From a bacterium (GTDB taxonomy: Bacteria; Myxococcota_A; Bradymonadia; UBA7976; UBA1532): DNA of 64,000 nt. The position numbers and the translations under genes were made by a program. The stretch covers positions 16,185 through 80,184 of the forward strand of contig JAUHXC010000036.1 of assembly GCA_030427205.1 (NCBI GenBank). The letters are read 5' to 3'. This document shows positions 27,150-37,824 of the stretch, piece by piece; the stretch's first letter is position 1; every line of letters starts with the position of its first letter. Under the pieces are notes generated by a model. That model made no database searches. It saw only the letters and a program-made list of their open reading frames with translations, and had not been told where the DNA came from.

Positions 27150-28931
27150 TCACCACACCCGCTGCCCGCGGCCGTCCCACGGCGCGCCGTCGTTGCCTTC
27201 GATGGGTACGCCGTCGGGGTCGGTGACGAAGTTGCCCAGGTCGCCGAAGGCCCGCTCGCGGTTGACCGACTCACCGGCCTGACGCATCGGCGCGCGCGCG
27301 CCGCCGCGCTCGATCTCGATCACGTCGTGGGGCCCGGGGCGCAGGTCGACCAGCGCGCCCTTGCGCTTGGGGTTGAGCAGCTGCTCCTCGTTGCCGATGG
27401 GGTCGGCGACGGTCTTGGCCTTGAGCGTCCAGACCAGCAGCGACGTCGGATCGCGATCGGGGAAGCTGCCGGCGAGCAGGTCGGCGTAGCCGTAGTACTG
27501 CTTGCCGACGTCGTTCTGGTTGACTGGCCCGGCCATCAGGCAGATACCCGCCAGCAGATCGCAGTCCTCGGGCAGGTTCACCACGCCCATCAGCTCGGCG
27601 ACCAGCGCGCCGCGGGCGGCGGCGGCGCCGAACGCGCGGATGGCGGCGTGCCAGTCGAGGCCGTTGTCGGCCATCTCGTTCTTGCAGAGCCCGCCGATGT
27701 AGATCCGCTGGCCGACGAGCGCGAAGGCCTTGCGCCCGCGCTCGGCGTTGCGGCTGAAGGCGCGGCCGGTGGGCAGGTCGGCCCACAGGGGCATGTCGGC
27801 GACGACCCGATCGGTGATCGCGTTGAGCTCGCCGCGGATGGCCCGCAGCCGGGCCTTGCCGCCGTCGGTGAGCACGTCGACCCGGTCGAGCATCAGCAGC
27901 CGGCGGGCCAGCTCGCGGTCGAGGCCGGTCCAGTGCTCGAAGGCGTTGTAGGCCGCCCGGCCGGCCATCTCGACCAGCGCCGGGGGCACGTCCATCTCCT
28001 GGCGCAGCTGGTAGGGCGCCGGCGCGGCCTCCTCCTGGTTGACGCCCGGCTGGATGCGCTCGCTGCGGAACGCGAGCAGGTTGGCGCCCAGCTTGCGCGC
28101 GGTGGTCTCGTCGAGCGCGATGCGCTCGGCGGGCAGCGCCTCGCCGACCTGGGTCACCAGCGCCAGCCGCCAGCCCGCCAGCCGCTCGCGGCGGGTGAGG
28201 CCGCACAGGGCCTCCAGCTTGCGGATGGTCGCCTTGTTGCGCCGCGCCGCCTCGCCGACGAAGGGCCGCATGAACGCCTGGGCCCGCCGCCGCCCGGCCG
28301 AGGCGATGACCGCCGCCCGCTCCATGGCGTCGGCCAGGATGCCCACGTGCAGGTGCGGCAGGTAGCCGATGGTCGGGATGTCGTCGATGAACTGCGTGCG
28401 CTTGCGGACCGCCCGCAGCGCCACCGTCGCCAGGCTGCGGATCGGCTTGTGGCCCACCAGGGTCAACAGCATCGTGAACGGGTTGCGATAGGGCACGCCC
28501 ACGACGAGGTGGGCATAGCCCGCGCCGTCGAGCGGCGGGGCCTCGATGCCGTCGAGCTGGCGCAAGAGGCCGGCGAGCGCGCTCTGTCGCTCGGGGCCGA
28601 GGGTCACCTGGCGGAAGCCGCGGTAGTTGGTCGACTGCCGCGCGCTGAGCACGCCGAGCGCGCACTCCTCGAACAGCTCGCCCTCGGTGACGGGCTGGGG
28701 CTCGGCGAAGCCGGTGGGCCGCGGCATCGACAGCAGCACCAGCCCCTGGCGGGCTTCGTCTTCGGTCATCGGGACCCGCGTGCGGTAGCCCACCGGCGAG
28801 GCGGAGTCGAGGCCGCCGGGCAGGGTGTAGCGGGTCTTGCGCTCGCCGGGGGCGGCGAAGCGGGCCTCGCGCCGGGGCCGAGGGCTCGGCGGCGGGTCGA
28901 TCGGGGTGACCTGGAGGGGCTTGTGGGGCAT
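27150..28931 (-). CDS. conserved hypothetical protein (about 590 aa), function not recognised
   Basis: Long ORF with strong GC3 bias. ATG at 28931 (aa 21) or 28991. No motifs I can name with confidence. Confidence 0.55.
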   Translation of the reverse strand: MPHKPLQVTPIDPPPSPRPRREARFAAPGERKTRYTLPGGLDSASPVGYRTRVPMTEDEARQGLVLLSMPRPTGFAEPQPVTEGELFEECALGVLSARQSTNYRGFRQVTLGPERQSALAGLLRQLDGIEAPPLDGAGYAHLVVGVPYRNPFTMLLTLVGHKPIRSLATVALRAVRKRTQFIDDIPTIGYLPHLHVGILADAMERAAVIASAGRRRAQAFMRPFVGEAARRNKATIRKLEALCGLTRRERLAGWRLALVTQVGEALPAERIALDETTARKLGANLLAFRSERIQPGVNQEEAAPAPYQLRQEMDVPPALVEMAGRAAYNAFEHWTGLDRELARRLLMLDRVDVLTDGGKARLRAIRGELNAITDRVVADMPLWADLPTGRAFSRNAERGRKAFALVGQRIYIGGLCKNEMADNGLDWHAAIRAFGAAAARGALVAELMGVVNLPEDCDLLAGICLMAGPVNQNDVGKQYYGYADLLAGSFPDRDPTSLLVWTLKAKTVADPIGNEEQLLNPKRKGALVDLRPGPHDVIEIERGGARAPMRQAGESVNRERAFGDLGNFVTDPDGVPIEGNDGAPWDGRGQRVW

Positions 28932-29007
28932 GGGGCGTCTCGTCTGGCCGTGGCGGCGCACGCTGTAGGCCAGCGGGGGGGCCGCGGTCAAGCCCCGTGA
29001 GCGGGTA

Positions 29008-30270
29008 TCACTGGCTCGCGGTGCCCACGGTGAGGGTCAGCGCGCGGTGCTCGACGCCGCGGATGAGCTTCAACGGGACCGCCGTGCCCGGTCGGGTGGC
29101 GGCCACCAGCCAGGGCAGGGCCTCGGGATCGTCGACGGCGTGCTCGCCGTAGGACAGCAGCAGATCGCCGGGTTCGAGGCCGGCGGCGTGGGCCGGGCCG
29201 CCTTCGACGACGCCGCGCACCCGCACGCCGCGGCGGCGCTTGAGGCCGGCGGCGCGGGCCATCTTGGTGGTGACCCGGCCGGTGTAGAGGCCGGCGAAGC
29301 CGCGGGCGAAGGTGCCGTCGGCGATGAGCCGCTCGGCGACGGTGCGCACCATGTCGATGCGGATGGAGAAGGTGAGCTTGCCGTCGACCACTGCGGTATT
29401 GAGCCCGACCACCCGGCCGCGGGTATCCACCAGCGGGCCGCCCGAGCTGCCCGCGGCCACCGCCACGTCGCTCTGGATGAACTCGGCCAGCTTCGGCGCG
29501 CCGGGCGGCAGCGAGCGCCGGCCCACCGCGCTGACGACGCCGACGGTGATCGAGTGGGCCATGCCCTGAGGGTTGCCCACCGCCGCGACCCAGGCCCCCG
29601 GGCGGACCTCGTCCACCGGCGCGAGGGCGACCGGCGGCAGGCCAAGCGCGCCGGGGTCGATCACCGCCAGATCGGTCGCCGCGTCGAGCCCCACCAGCCG
29701 GGCCCGGGTGACCCGGCCCTCCTGGGTGCGCACCCGGATGCGCGGCGCGTCGCCGATGAGGTGGGCGTTGGTGACGATGTGCCCGTCGCTGTCCCAGGCG
29801 AAGCCGGTGCCGGTGCGATCGGCCTGGAAGCGGCCGTCGATGAGCTGCCCCGCGACCACCCCGACCACCGAGGGGGCGACCGCGTCGAAGACGGCGGCGA
29901 AGTCGGGGCCGCCGACCGTCTCGGTCTTGAGCGGCGCGCGTGGCCGAACGCCGCCGCTGCGCACCCGCTTGCGCGGTCGGGCCTCGGCCTTCGGCGGGGG
30001 CGGGGGCGGCGAGGCCGCGGGCGCGTCGTCTTCGGTGTTCTGCGGTGCAGGCGGGGTGTCGATCGGGGGCGGCGCGGCCGGCGCGCTCGGCGGCTCGGGC
30101 GCGGCGGAGGGCGGCGGCGCGGCGGTCGGCGGTGCGGAAGAGGGCGGCGCATCGGGCGCGCAGCCGAGCGGCGCCGTGAGCGACAGCGCCGTGAGCGACA
30201 GCGCCGTGAGCAGCGGCGCCGTGAGCCGCAGCGCCGTGAGCCGCAGCGCCCGGGGCAGGCCCCGGTTCAC
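29008..30270 (-). CDS. HtrA/DegP-family trypsin-like serine protease with C-terminal PDZ domain; lipoprotein-type signal
   Basis: Catalytic triad context TNAHLIG, DLAVI and GSSGGPLVD. PDZ motif GVRVRGVVEGGPAHAAGLEPGDLL. Signal peptide ends APLGC. Confidence 0.85.
   Translation of the reverse strand: MNRGLPRALRLTALRLTAPLLTALSLTALSLTAPLGCAPDAPPSSAPPTAAPPPSAAPEPPSAPAAPPPIDTPPAPQNTEDDAPAASPPPPPPKAEARPRKRVRSGGVRPRAPLKTETVGGPDFAAVFDAVAPSVVGVVAGQLIDGRFQADRTGTGFAWDSDGHIVTNAHLIGDAPRIRVRTQEGRVTRARLVGLDAATDLAVIDPGALGLPPVALAPVDEVRPGAWVAAVGNPQGMAHSITVGVVSAVGRRSLPPGAPKLAEFIQSDVAVAAGSSGGPLVDTRGRVVGLNTAVVDGKLTFSIRIDMVRTVAERLIADGTFARGFAGLYTGRVTTKMARAAGLKRRRGVRVRGVVEGGPAHAAGLEPGDLLLSYGEHAVDDPEALPWLVAATRPGTAVPLKLIRGVEHRALTLTVGTASQ
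30173..30250. repeat. 15-bp tandem repeat (gccgtgagcgacagc x5, imperfect) inside the HtrA signal-peptide coding region
   Basis: Encodes LTALRLTAPLLTALSLTALSLTAPL on the minus strand. Confidence 0.7.
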
Positions 30271-30605
30271 CGGCCGCCGGCGTGACGCAGGAACTTCATC
30301 CGCAGGTCGTAGAGCACGCTGCCGAGCAGCTGCTCCTCTTCGAGGGTCAGGTTGCCGGCGGTCTTCTCTTTGAGCACGACCAGCGTATCGATGGTGTGGC
30401 GGGCGGCGTCGAGGTCGCGCTCGTCGTCGGGCACCCCGTCCATCTCGCCGAGGTGCATCAGCGCCATGGCGTTGAGCGAGATGATGTGCGTCGAGAACGT
30501 CATCTCGCGCAGGGTGCGGCTCTTGAGCGCTTCGGGCCCCCCGTCGGTCTCGGGGGTGTCGACGATGCGGCCGGTGCGGTCCTTGTCGGTCATCGGCGGC
30601 TCCAT
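30267..30605 (-). CDS. DUF1844-like small protein
   Basis: FSTHIISLNAMALMHLGE resembles the DUF1844 family common in Myxococcota. Alternative ATG at 30593. Confidence 0.55.
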   Translation of the reverse strand: MEPPMTDKDRTGRIVDTPETDGGPEALKSRTLREMTFSTHIISLNAMALMHLGEMDGVPDDERDLDAARHTIDTLVVLKEKTAGNLTLEEEQLLGSVLYDLRMKFLRHAGGR

Positions 30606-30641
30606 CGAAGGGGCGGGCGCCCCGTGGGGTTCAGCGGTGGA

Positions 30642-30842
30642 TCACTCGTTCTCGCCGGTGTCCTTGGCCTTGACGTCGGCCAGGCCCACCGAGGCGACCT
30701 CGATCTCGACCTTCGCCGCGCGGCTGCTGATGTCGGGCAGGTCGGCGAGCGACTTGTCGAAAGCGGCCTGTTCGACCAGGCCGCGCTCAATGTGGCGGCG
30801 CACCAGGCGCTTGTCGAGCAGCTTGTCTTCGGGCACGTTCAT
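30642..30842 (-). CDS. small hypothetical protein (66 aa)
   Basis: Strong GC3 codon bias over 201 nt. The rest of the 235-aa track ORF overlaps the moxR gene and is rejected. Confidence 0.5.
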   Translation of the reverse strand: MNVPEDKLLDKRLVRRHIERGLVEQAAFDKSLADLPDISSRAAKVEIEVASVGLADVKAKDTGENE

Positions 30843-31074
30843 CGGGACCTCGCTGGTCTGGGTGAGCAAGCGCCGAATGATGGGGTCCGAAGCGGTCTGC
30901 GTCAAGCGCTCGCCGATCGTTCGCGTGCGTTCGCCGTCGAGCGGCCGATCCGGGCGCCGGGGAATGCGCCGGGTACGATCGTGGGTTGACAGCGGCCGCG
31001 ACGTGTTTAAGAAGCGGCCCGCCGGCATGATCGCGCCAGCGTCAGATCGTCTTCGAGATTTTGGGAGGTCCCGC

Positions 31075-32070
<996 letters not shown>

Positions 32071-32077
32071 CCGCATC

Positions 32078-32958
<881 letters not shown>

Positions 32959-32962
<4 letters not shown>

Positions 32963-34164
32963 TGCGGCAGCTCTCCTGGTCGATCGCGCTGGCGGCGCTG
33001 CTGCTCGGGCCCGCGCTGGCCCAGACGCCCGATACGCCGGCCATGCCCAAGACGCCGCCGGTCGCGGCGCCCACCCCGGACGCCGAAGATACGCCCGAGG
33101 CGCCCGCCGAGCCCGCCGGCCCGCCGCCGGCCAAGGGCCCACCGCCCGCCATCAAGATGCAGTGCGCGCCGAACCCCGTGCGCATCGGCGAGCGGCTGGT
33201 CTGCACCCTCACCGCCGTGCACCGCGCCGACGTGAGCATCGAGGTCACCGCGCCCGAGCGCTTCGAGGTGGGCGAGCCGACGCCGGCGAAGACCCGGGAC
33301 GACGGCCTGCTCGAGACCGTGCGCGCGCTCACCGTGCGCCCCGACTCGATGCGCAAGGTGCGGGTGCGCGGGCTGCAGGTGGTCTACACCGAGGCCAGCG
33401 GCGGCCAGGGCACCATGGCGGTGCCCGACCAGATCGTGCCCACCAGGAGCGTGATCGCCGGCACCGACCAGCCGACGTTCCGCACCTTCGAGACCCCCGG
33501 CGGCGGCGTCGAGGGCCAGGACGGCCCCAATGTGGCCGACGGCTACTTCGCCCGCCACGGGCCGCTGCCCTATCGGGTCTTCAACTGGCCGCTGTTCATC
33601 GCGCTGTGCGTGCTCGGCGGCGTCGGCCTCGGTATCGGCGTCGGGGTGCTCGTCAAGCGCTACCTCGACGCCCGGCGCATCGACCCCGGCCCGCCGGTGG
33701 ACCCGCGGCCGGCCCACGTCATCGCGTATGCCGAGCTCGAGGCGCTGCTCGCCTTGAACCTGCCCGCCGACGGCCGGGTGGGCGAGTTCTACGTGCGCCT
33801 GTCGGAGATCGTGCGCCGCTATCTCGGCCGCCGCTTCGGCATCGACGCCCCCGAGATGACCAGCGACCAGATCCGGGCCTGGGCCACCCTGCAGGGCGAG
33901 CGCTTCGGCGCGGAGGTGCGGCTGGGGCTCGACGACTTCCTGGCCGAGACCGACCTGGTCAAGTTCGCCGACTTCAGCCCGACCGAGTCCGAGATCAGCA
34001 CCGTGACCCGCCAGGCCCGCGGCCTCATCTCGCTGACCCGGGTGCCCGACGCCGGCGGCGAGCCGAGCGCGCCGGCCCCGTCCGCGCCCGCCGCCGAGCC
34101 GCCGGCCAGCAAGCACGCGCCCGCCGAGCCGCCGGTCTCCCTCGAAAAGGGGGACGACGCATGA
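32959..34164 (+). CDS. secreted/membrane protein of Bat-like operon (hypothetical)
   Basis: Signal peptide, Pro-rich linker, internal TM LFIALCVLGGVGLGIGVGVLV. ATG overlaps DUF58 stop. Confidence 0.7.
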
Positions 34165-35219
34165 TCTGGCCGGAGTACGAGCTGGCGACGCGGGTCGCCT
34201 TCTGGGTGCTCGTCGCCCTGACGCTGCTCGGCGCGGTGCACGGCTGGCGCAAGCGCTGGGCCCACGCGCCCGGCCTGCGCTTCCCGGCCCGCGAGCGGGT
34301 GAAGAGCGTGCGCCGCGGCTGGCGCGCCCGGCTGGCCCACGCCCCGCTGCTGCTGCGCTTCGCCGCGCTGGGGCTGATGCTGGCCGCGCTCACCCGACCC
34401 CAGCTGCCCGAGAACGAGACCGCCGAGGTCGAGGGCATCGACATCGTCATCGCGTTCGACATGTCGGGCTCGATGCGCTCGATCGACATCAGCGACGACG
34501 ACCTCGTGAAGCTGCGCAACGCCGGCGAAGAGCCCCGCGACCGCTTCACCTCCGGGGTCAAGGTGCTGCGCGACTTCATCTCGAGCCGGCAGTACGACCG
34601 GGTGAGCCTGGTGGTCTTCGGCAAAGAGGCCTACCTGCAGTTCCCGCTGACCCTCGACTACGGGGTGATGCTCGACATCCTCGACCGCATGGCGCTCGGC
34701 GACATCGACGGCTCGGGCACCGCCATCGGCAACGCCCTGGCCATGAGCCTCGCCCGCCTGCGCGAGAGCGAGGCCAAGACCCGGCTGGTCATCCTGATCA
34801 CCGACGGCGAAGACAACGGCAGCCAGGTCAGCCCGCTGGAGATGGCGGTCGAGGCCCAGGAGCGCGGGGTCAAGGTCTTCACGATATTGGTGGGCTCGGA
34901 GGATCAGACCCGTCAGCCCAGCGACGCGGTCGACCTGTTCTCGGGTCAGCGCATCTACCGCAAGGTGGACAACGACGTGAACCCGGCGCTCTTGCAGCAG
35001 ATCGCCGAGAAGGGCGGCGGGCGCTTCTATCGCTCGGAGAACGAGCAGGAGCTGGCCCAGGACTTCCACGACATCCTCGACGAGTTCGAGAAGTCGCGGC
35101 TGGTGGACTACGCCGCGGCCGACAAGGAGGAGAAGTACCTCAGCTTCCTCCTGCCGGCCCTGGCGCTGTTGATGCTGGAGATCTTCCTCTCGCAGACCAT
35201 CCTCAGGAGGTTTCCGTGA
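34161..35219 (+). CDS. VWA domain membrane protein, BatA-like
   Basis: N-terminal TM pair. MIDAS motif DIVIAFDMSGSM with ...TDGEDN. ATGA overlap with the upstream gene. Confidence 0.85.
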   Translation: MIWPEYELATRVAFWVLVALTLLGAVHGWRKRWAHAPGLRFPARERVKSVRRGWRARLAHAPLLLRFAALGLMLAALTRPQLPENETAEVEGIDIVIAFDMSGSMRSIDISDDDLVKLRNAGEEPRDRFTSGVKVLRDFISSRQYDRVSLVVFGKEAYLQFPLTLDYGVMLDILDRMALGDIDGSGTAIGNALAMSLARLRESEAKTRLVILITDGEDNGSQVSPLEMAVEAQERGVKVFTILVGSEDQTRQPSDAVDLFSGQRIYRKVDNDVNPALLQQIAEKGGGRFYRSENEQELAQDFHDILDEFEKSRLVDYAAADKEEKYLSFLLPALALLMLEIFLSQTILRRFP

Positions 35220-36283
35220 GGTGGGGACAGCCCGAGATGTGGTGGCTGGTCGCGCTGCCGCTGGTGGCCATCGCGCTGTGGGTCTACGGCCACCTGATCC
35301 GGCGGCATCTGGCCCGAAAGGCGGGCGAACACCCGCTGGTGCTGCGCCTGCTGGCGACCTTCAGCCCCGAGCGGCGGCTGTTCAAGCAGCTCGTCGTCGG
35401 CCTCGCGCTGACGCTGGCGGTCATCGCCGCGATTCGCCCGCAGTACGGCCGCCGGCCCGAGGCGCTGCGGCAGACGGGCATCGACGTCGCCGTGGCCTTC
35501 GACGTCTCGAAGTCGATGCTCGCCCGGGACGTGCAACCGTCGCGCATCGACGCGGCGCGCATGCAGCTGCGCACGCTGCTGGCCCAGGTGGTGGGCGACC
35601 GGGTGGCGCTGGTGCCGTTCGCCGGCGTCGCCTGGGTGCAGTCGCCGCTGACCGCCGACCAGAGCGCGATCAAGCTCTACCTCGACAGCCTCGACCCGAT
35701 GCAGATGCCCGTCGGCGGCACCAACCTCGCGATGGCCATCGACCGCGGCGTGCAGCTGCTGACCGGCACCGAAGACCGCGGCGAGCGGTCGAGCCGCAGC
35801 CGGGTGCTCTTGCTGATCACCGACGGCGAAGACGTGGCCGGCGACGACGGCGAGGCGGCCAAGGAGGCCGCGCGCAAGGCCGCCGAGGCCGGGGTGAAGC
35901 TCTTCGCGGTGGCCGTCGGCACCCGGCTGGGCGAGCCGATCCCCATCGTCGCCGAGGACGGCAGCCACCAGGGCTACCAGAAAGACCGCCAGGGCAAGCC
36001 GATCTACTCCAAGCTCGACGTGCAGCTGCTCGAAGAGCTGGCCCGGCTGGCCGATCCCGAGGCGACCGACCGCGGGCGGGTCTTCCAATACGACGGGGGC
36101 GACATCTCGACGGTGCTGGCCGCCGAGCTGGATACACTGCAGAAGTCGGCGATGGAGTCGGCGATGCGCCACCGCTACGGGGAGAAGTTCCAGTACGTGC
36201 TCTTCCCGGCCATCCTGCTGTTGCTGCTCGATCTGCTGATCGGTGAGCGGCGTCGGCGGGCGCGGCGGGAGGAGGCCGCATGA
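35216..36283 (+). CDS. VWA domain membrane protein, BatB-like
   Basis: DVAVAFDVSKSM MIDAS motif, ITDGED, C-terminal TM. GTG after AGGAGG. Confidence 0.85.
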   Translation: MRWGQPEMWWLVALPLVAIALWVYGHLIRRHLARKAGEHPLVLRLLATFSPERRLFKQLVVGLALTLAVIAAIRPQYGRRPEALRQTGIDVAVAFDVSKSMLARDVQPSRIDAARMQLRTLLAQVVGDRVALVPFAGVAWVQSPLTADQSAIKLYLDSLDPMQMPVGGTNLAMAIDRGVQLLTGTEDRGERSSRSRVLLLITDGEDVAGDDGEAAKEAARKAAEAGVKLFAVAVGTRLGEPIPIVAEDGSHQGYQKDRQGKPIYSKLDVQLLEELARLADPEATDRGRVFQYDGGDISTVLAAELDTLQKSAMESAMRHRYGEKFQYVLFPAILLLLLDLLIGERRRRARREEAA

Positions 36284-37824
36284 GGGTCAAGCTGCTGTTG
36301 CTGTGCCTGGGGCTCGTCGGCTTCGGCCCGATGATGTGCGACCAGCCCGACGTGGAGACCGCGCGCCAGCAGCTGCGCAACGCCGAGGCCGAGCCGGCCC
36401 TGTCGACCCTGGCCGAGGTGGGCGCCGACGCGCCCGAGGTGCACCTGGCCCGGGCGCATGCGCACATCGCGCTGAAGCGGTGGGACGAGGCCTCGAGCAG
36501 CCTCGATCAGGCCATGCGCGGCATCGCCGAGCGCGACGCGAAGCTTTCCGCCGAACGCCAGATCGACGACCTGCCGCCGCTGCCGCTGCCCGAGCGGCCC
36601 AGCGCCGAGCTGCGGGCGCGTACGCTCTTCGCCCGGGGGCTGGTCACCGTCGGCCGGGCCGAGGCCGAAGAAGACCCCGAGGCGGCCAAGACCTACTGGG
36701 AAGGCGCCGTCATCGACTTCGGCAAGGTGCTCGGCCTGCGCCCCGACGACGAGGACGCCCGCTGGAACATGGAGTTGGCGTGGCACATGGCCAACCCGAT
36801 CTGCGTCAAGCGCGACGACGATCGGGAGCAGGACGATACCCGCGCCGAGGCGAAGCCCATCGATCTGCAGCAGGCCCCCGAGGTCACCGAGCGCAAGCTC
36901 TGCCCGTCCGACGAGGACTGGTACGTCGTCGAGGGCAAGCGCGACGCGATCCTCTTCGTGACGCTGACCGGCGAGCTGAAGCCCTTCGAAGAGGAGGAGA
37001 CCCGCGAGGTGCGGTTGGCGCTGTTCGGGCCCGATGACGACCGCCCGCTGCGCGAGGCGCCGATGGTCGACGGCAAGGCGCTGGTTGGGGTGACCGGGCT
37101 GGCGCTGGACGGGCAGTACGCGATCCAGGTGTCGGGGCCGGGCGCCGCCGAGGTGGACTACTCGATCAAGGTCGACATCGTGCCGCCGTGCCCCGTCGAC
37201 GATCAGCTCGAAGAGAACGACAGCCCCGAGGCGGCGACCGCGCTGAAGGACGGCCAGACCCCCGGCTTGAAGGCGTGCCCCGGCGACGCCGACTGGTACA
37301 CGATGACCGTGCCCGCCGGCGAGAAGCGCCAGCTCAAGGTGGGCTTCGACGCCGACCGGGCGCCGCTGGCGGTCGAGCGCTTCGACGCGCTGGGTCAGGT
37401 CGCCGAGCAGGTGGGCCGGGCGGGCCAGGGCGGCATGGGCCTCGACCTGCCCGGCGACGAGGAGAAGGACGTCACCTCGCTGGTGCGCATCATCCCGGTG
37501 GGCGACCGCGAGAATACCTACAGCCTCGAGCTGGCGCCGCCGGAGGACAACAGCGGCGGCCAGGACCAGCAGGACCAGCAGGACCAGCAGGACCAGCAGG
37601 ACCAGCAGGACCAGCAGGATCAGGAAGACGAGCAGGACGAGCAGGACCAGCAAGACGAGCAGGATCAGCAGGACCAGCAGGACCAGCAGCCGCCCGAGCC
37701 GCAGCCGCAGGAGGCCATCGACCTCGACAAGCTGATCGACGCCATCGACGCCCACGAGCGCAACCCGCAGCTCGAGAAGGCCCTCAAGGAGCTGCAGGTC
37801 GTGCCGCGCATGGAGGACTACTGA
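36280..37824 (+). CDS. BatC-like TPR protein carrying PPC-like (DWY) modules and an acidic QDQ-repeat tract
   Basis: Lipoprotein-like N-terminus. TPR-like helices. LCPSDEDWYVVEG and CPGDADWYTMTV are pre-peptidase C-terminal-type motifs. The protein carries a (QDQ)n tract. Confidence 0.8.
   Translation: MRVKLLLLCLGLVGFGPMMCDQPDVETARQQLRNAEAEPALSTLAEVGADAPEVHLARAHAHIALKRWDEASSSLDQAMRGIAERDAKLSAERQIDDLPPLPLPERPSAELRARTLFARGLVTVGRAEAEEDPEAAKTYWEGAVIDFGKVLGLRPDDEDARWNMELAWHMANPICVKRDDDREQDDTRAEAKPIDLQQAPEVTERKLCPSDEDWYVVEGKRDAILFVTLTGELKPFEEEETREVRLALFGPDDDRPLREAPMVDGKALVGVTGLALDGQYAIQVSGPGAAEVDYSIKVDIVPPCPVDDQLEENDSPEAATALKDGQTPGLKACPGDADWYTMTVPAGEKRQLKVGFDADRAPLAVERFDALGQVAEQVGRAGQGGMGLDLPGDEEKDVTSLVRIIPVGDRENTYSLELAPPEDNSGGQDQQDQQDQQDQQDQQDQQDQEDEQDEQDQQDEQDQQDQQDQQPPEPQPQEAIDLDKLIDAIDAHERNPQLEKALKELQVVPRMEDY
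37561..37689. repeat. caggaccag nonamer/hexamer microsatellite-like tandem repeat, about 14 units, imperfect
   Basis: Encodes QDQQDQQDQQDQQDQQDQEDEQDEQDQQDEQDQQDQQDQQ. Confidence 0.8.

Noticed and set aside
36243-37037. 264-aa plus ORF and other alternate-frame ORFs within the Bat genes (e.g. 35221..36246, 36243..37037)
   Set aside because: Alternate frames of VWA/TPR genes. R/G/A/P-rich translations.
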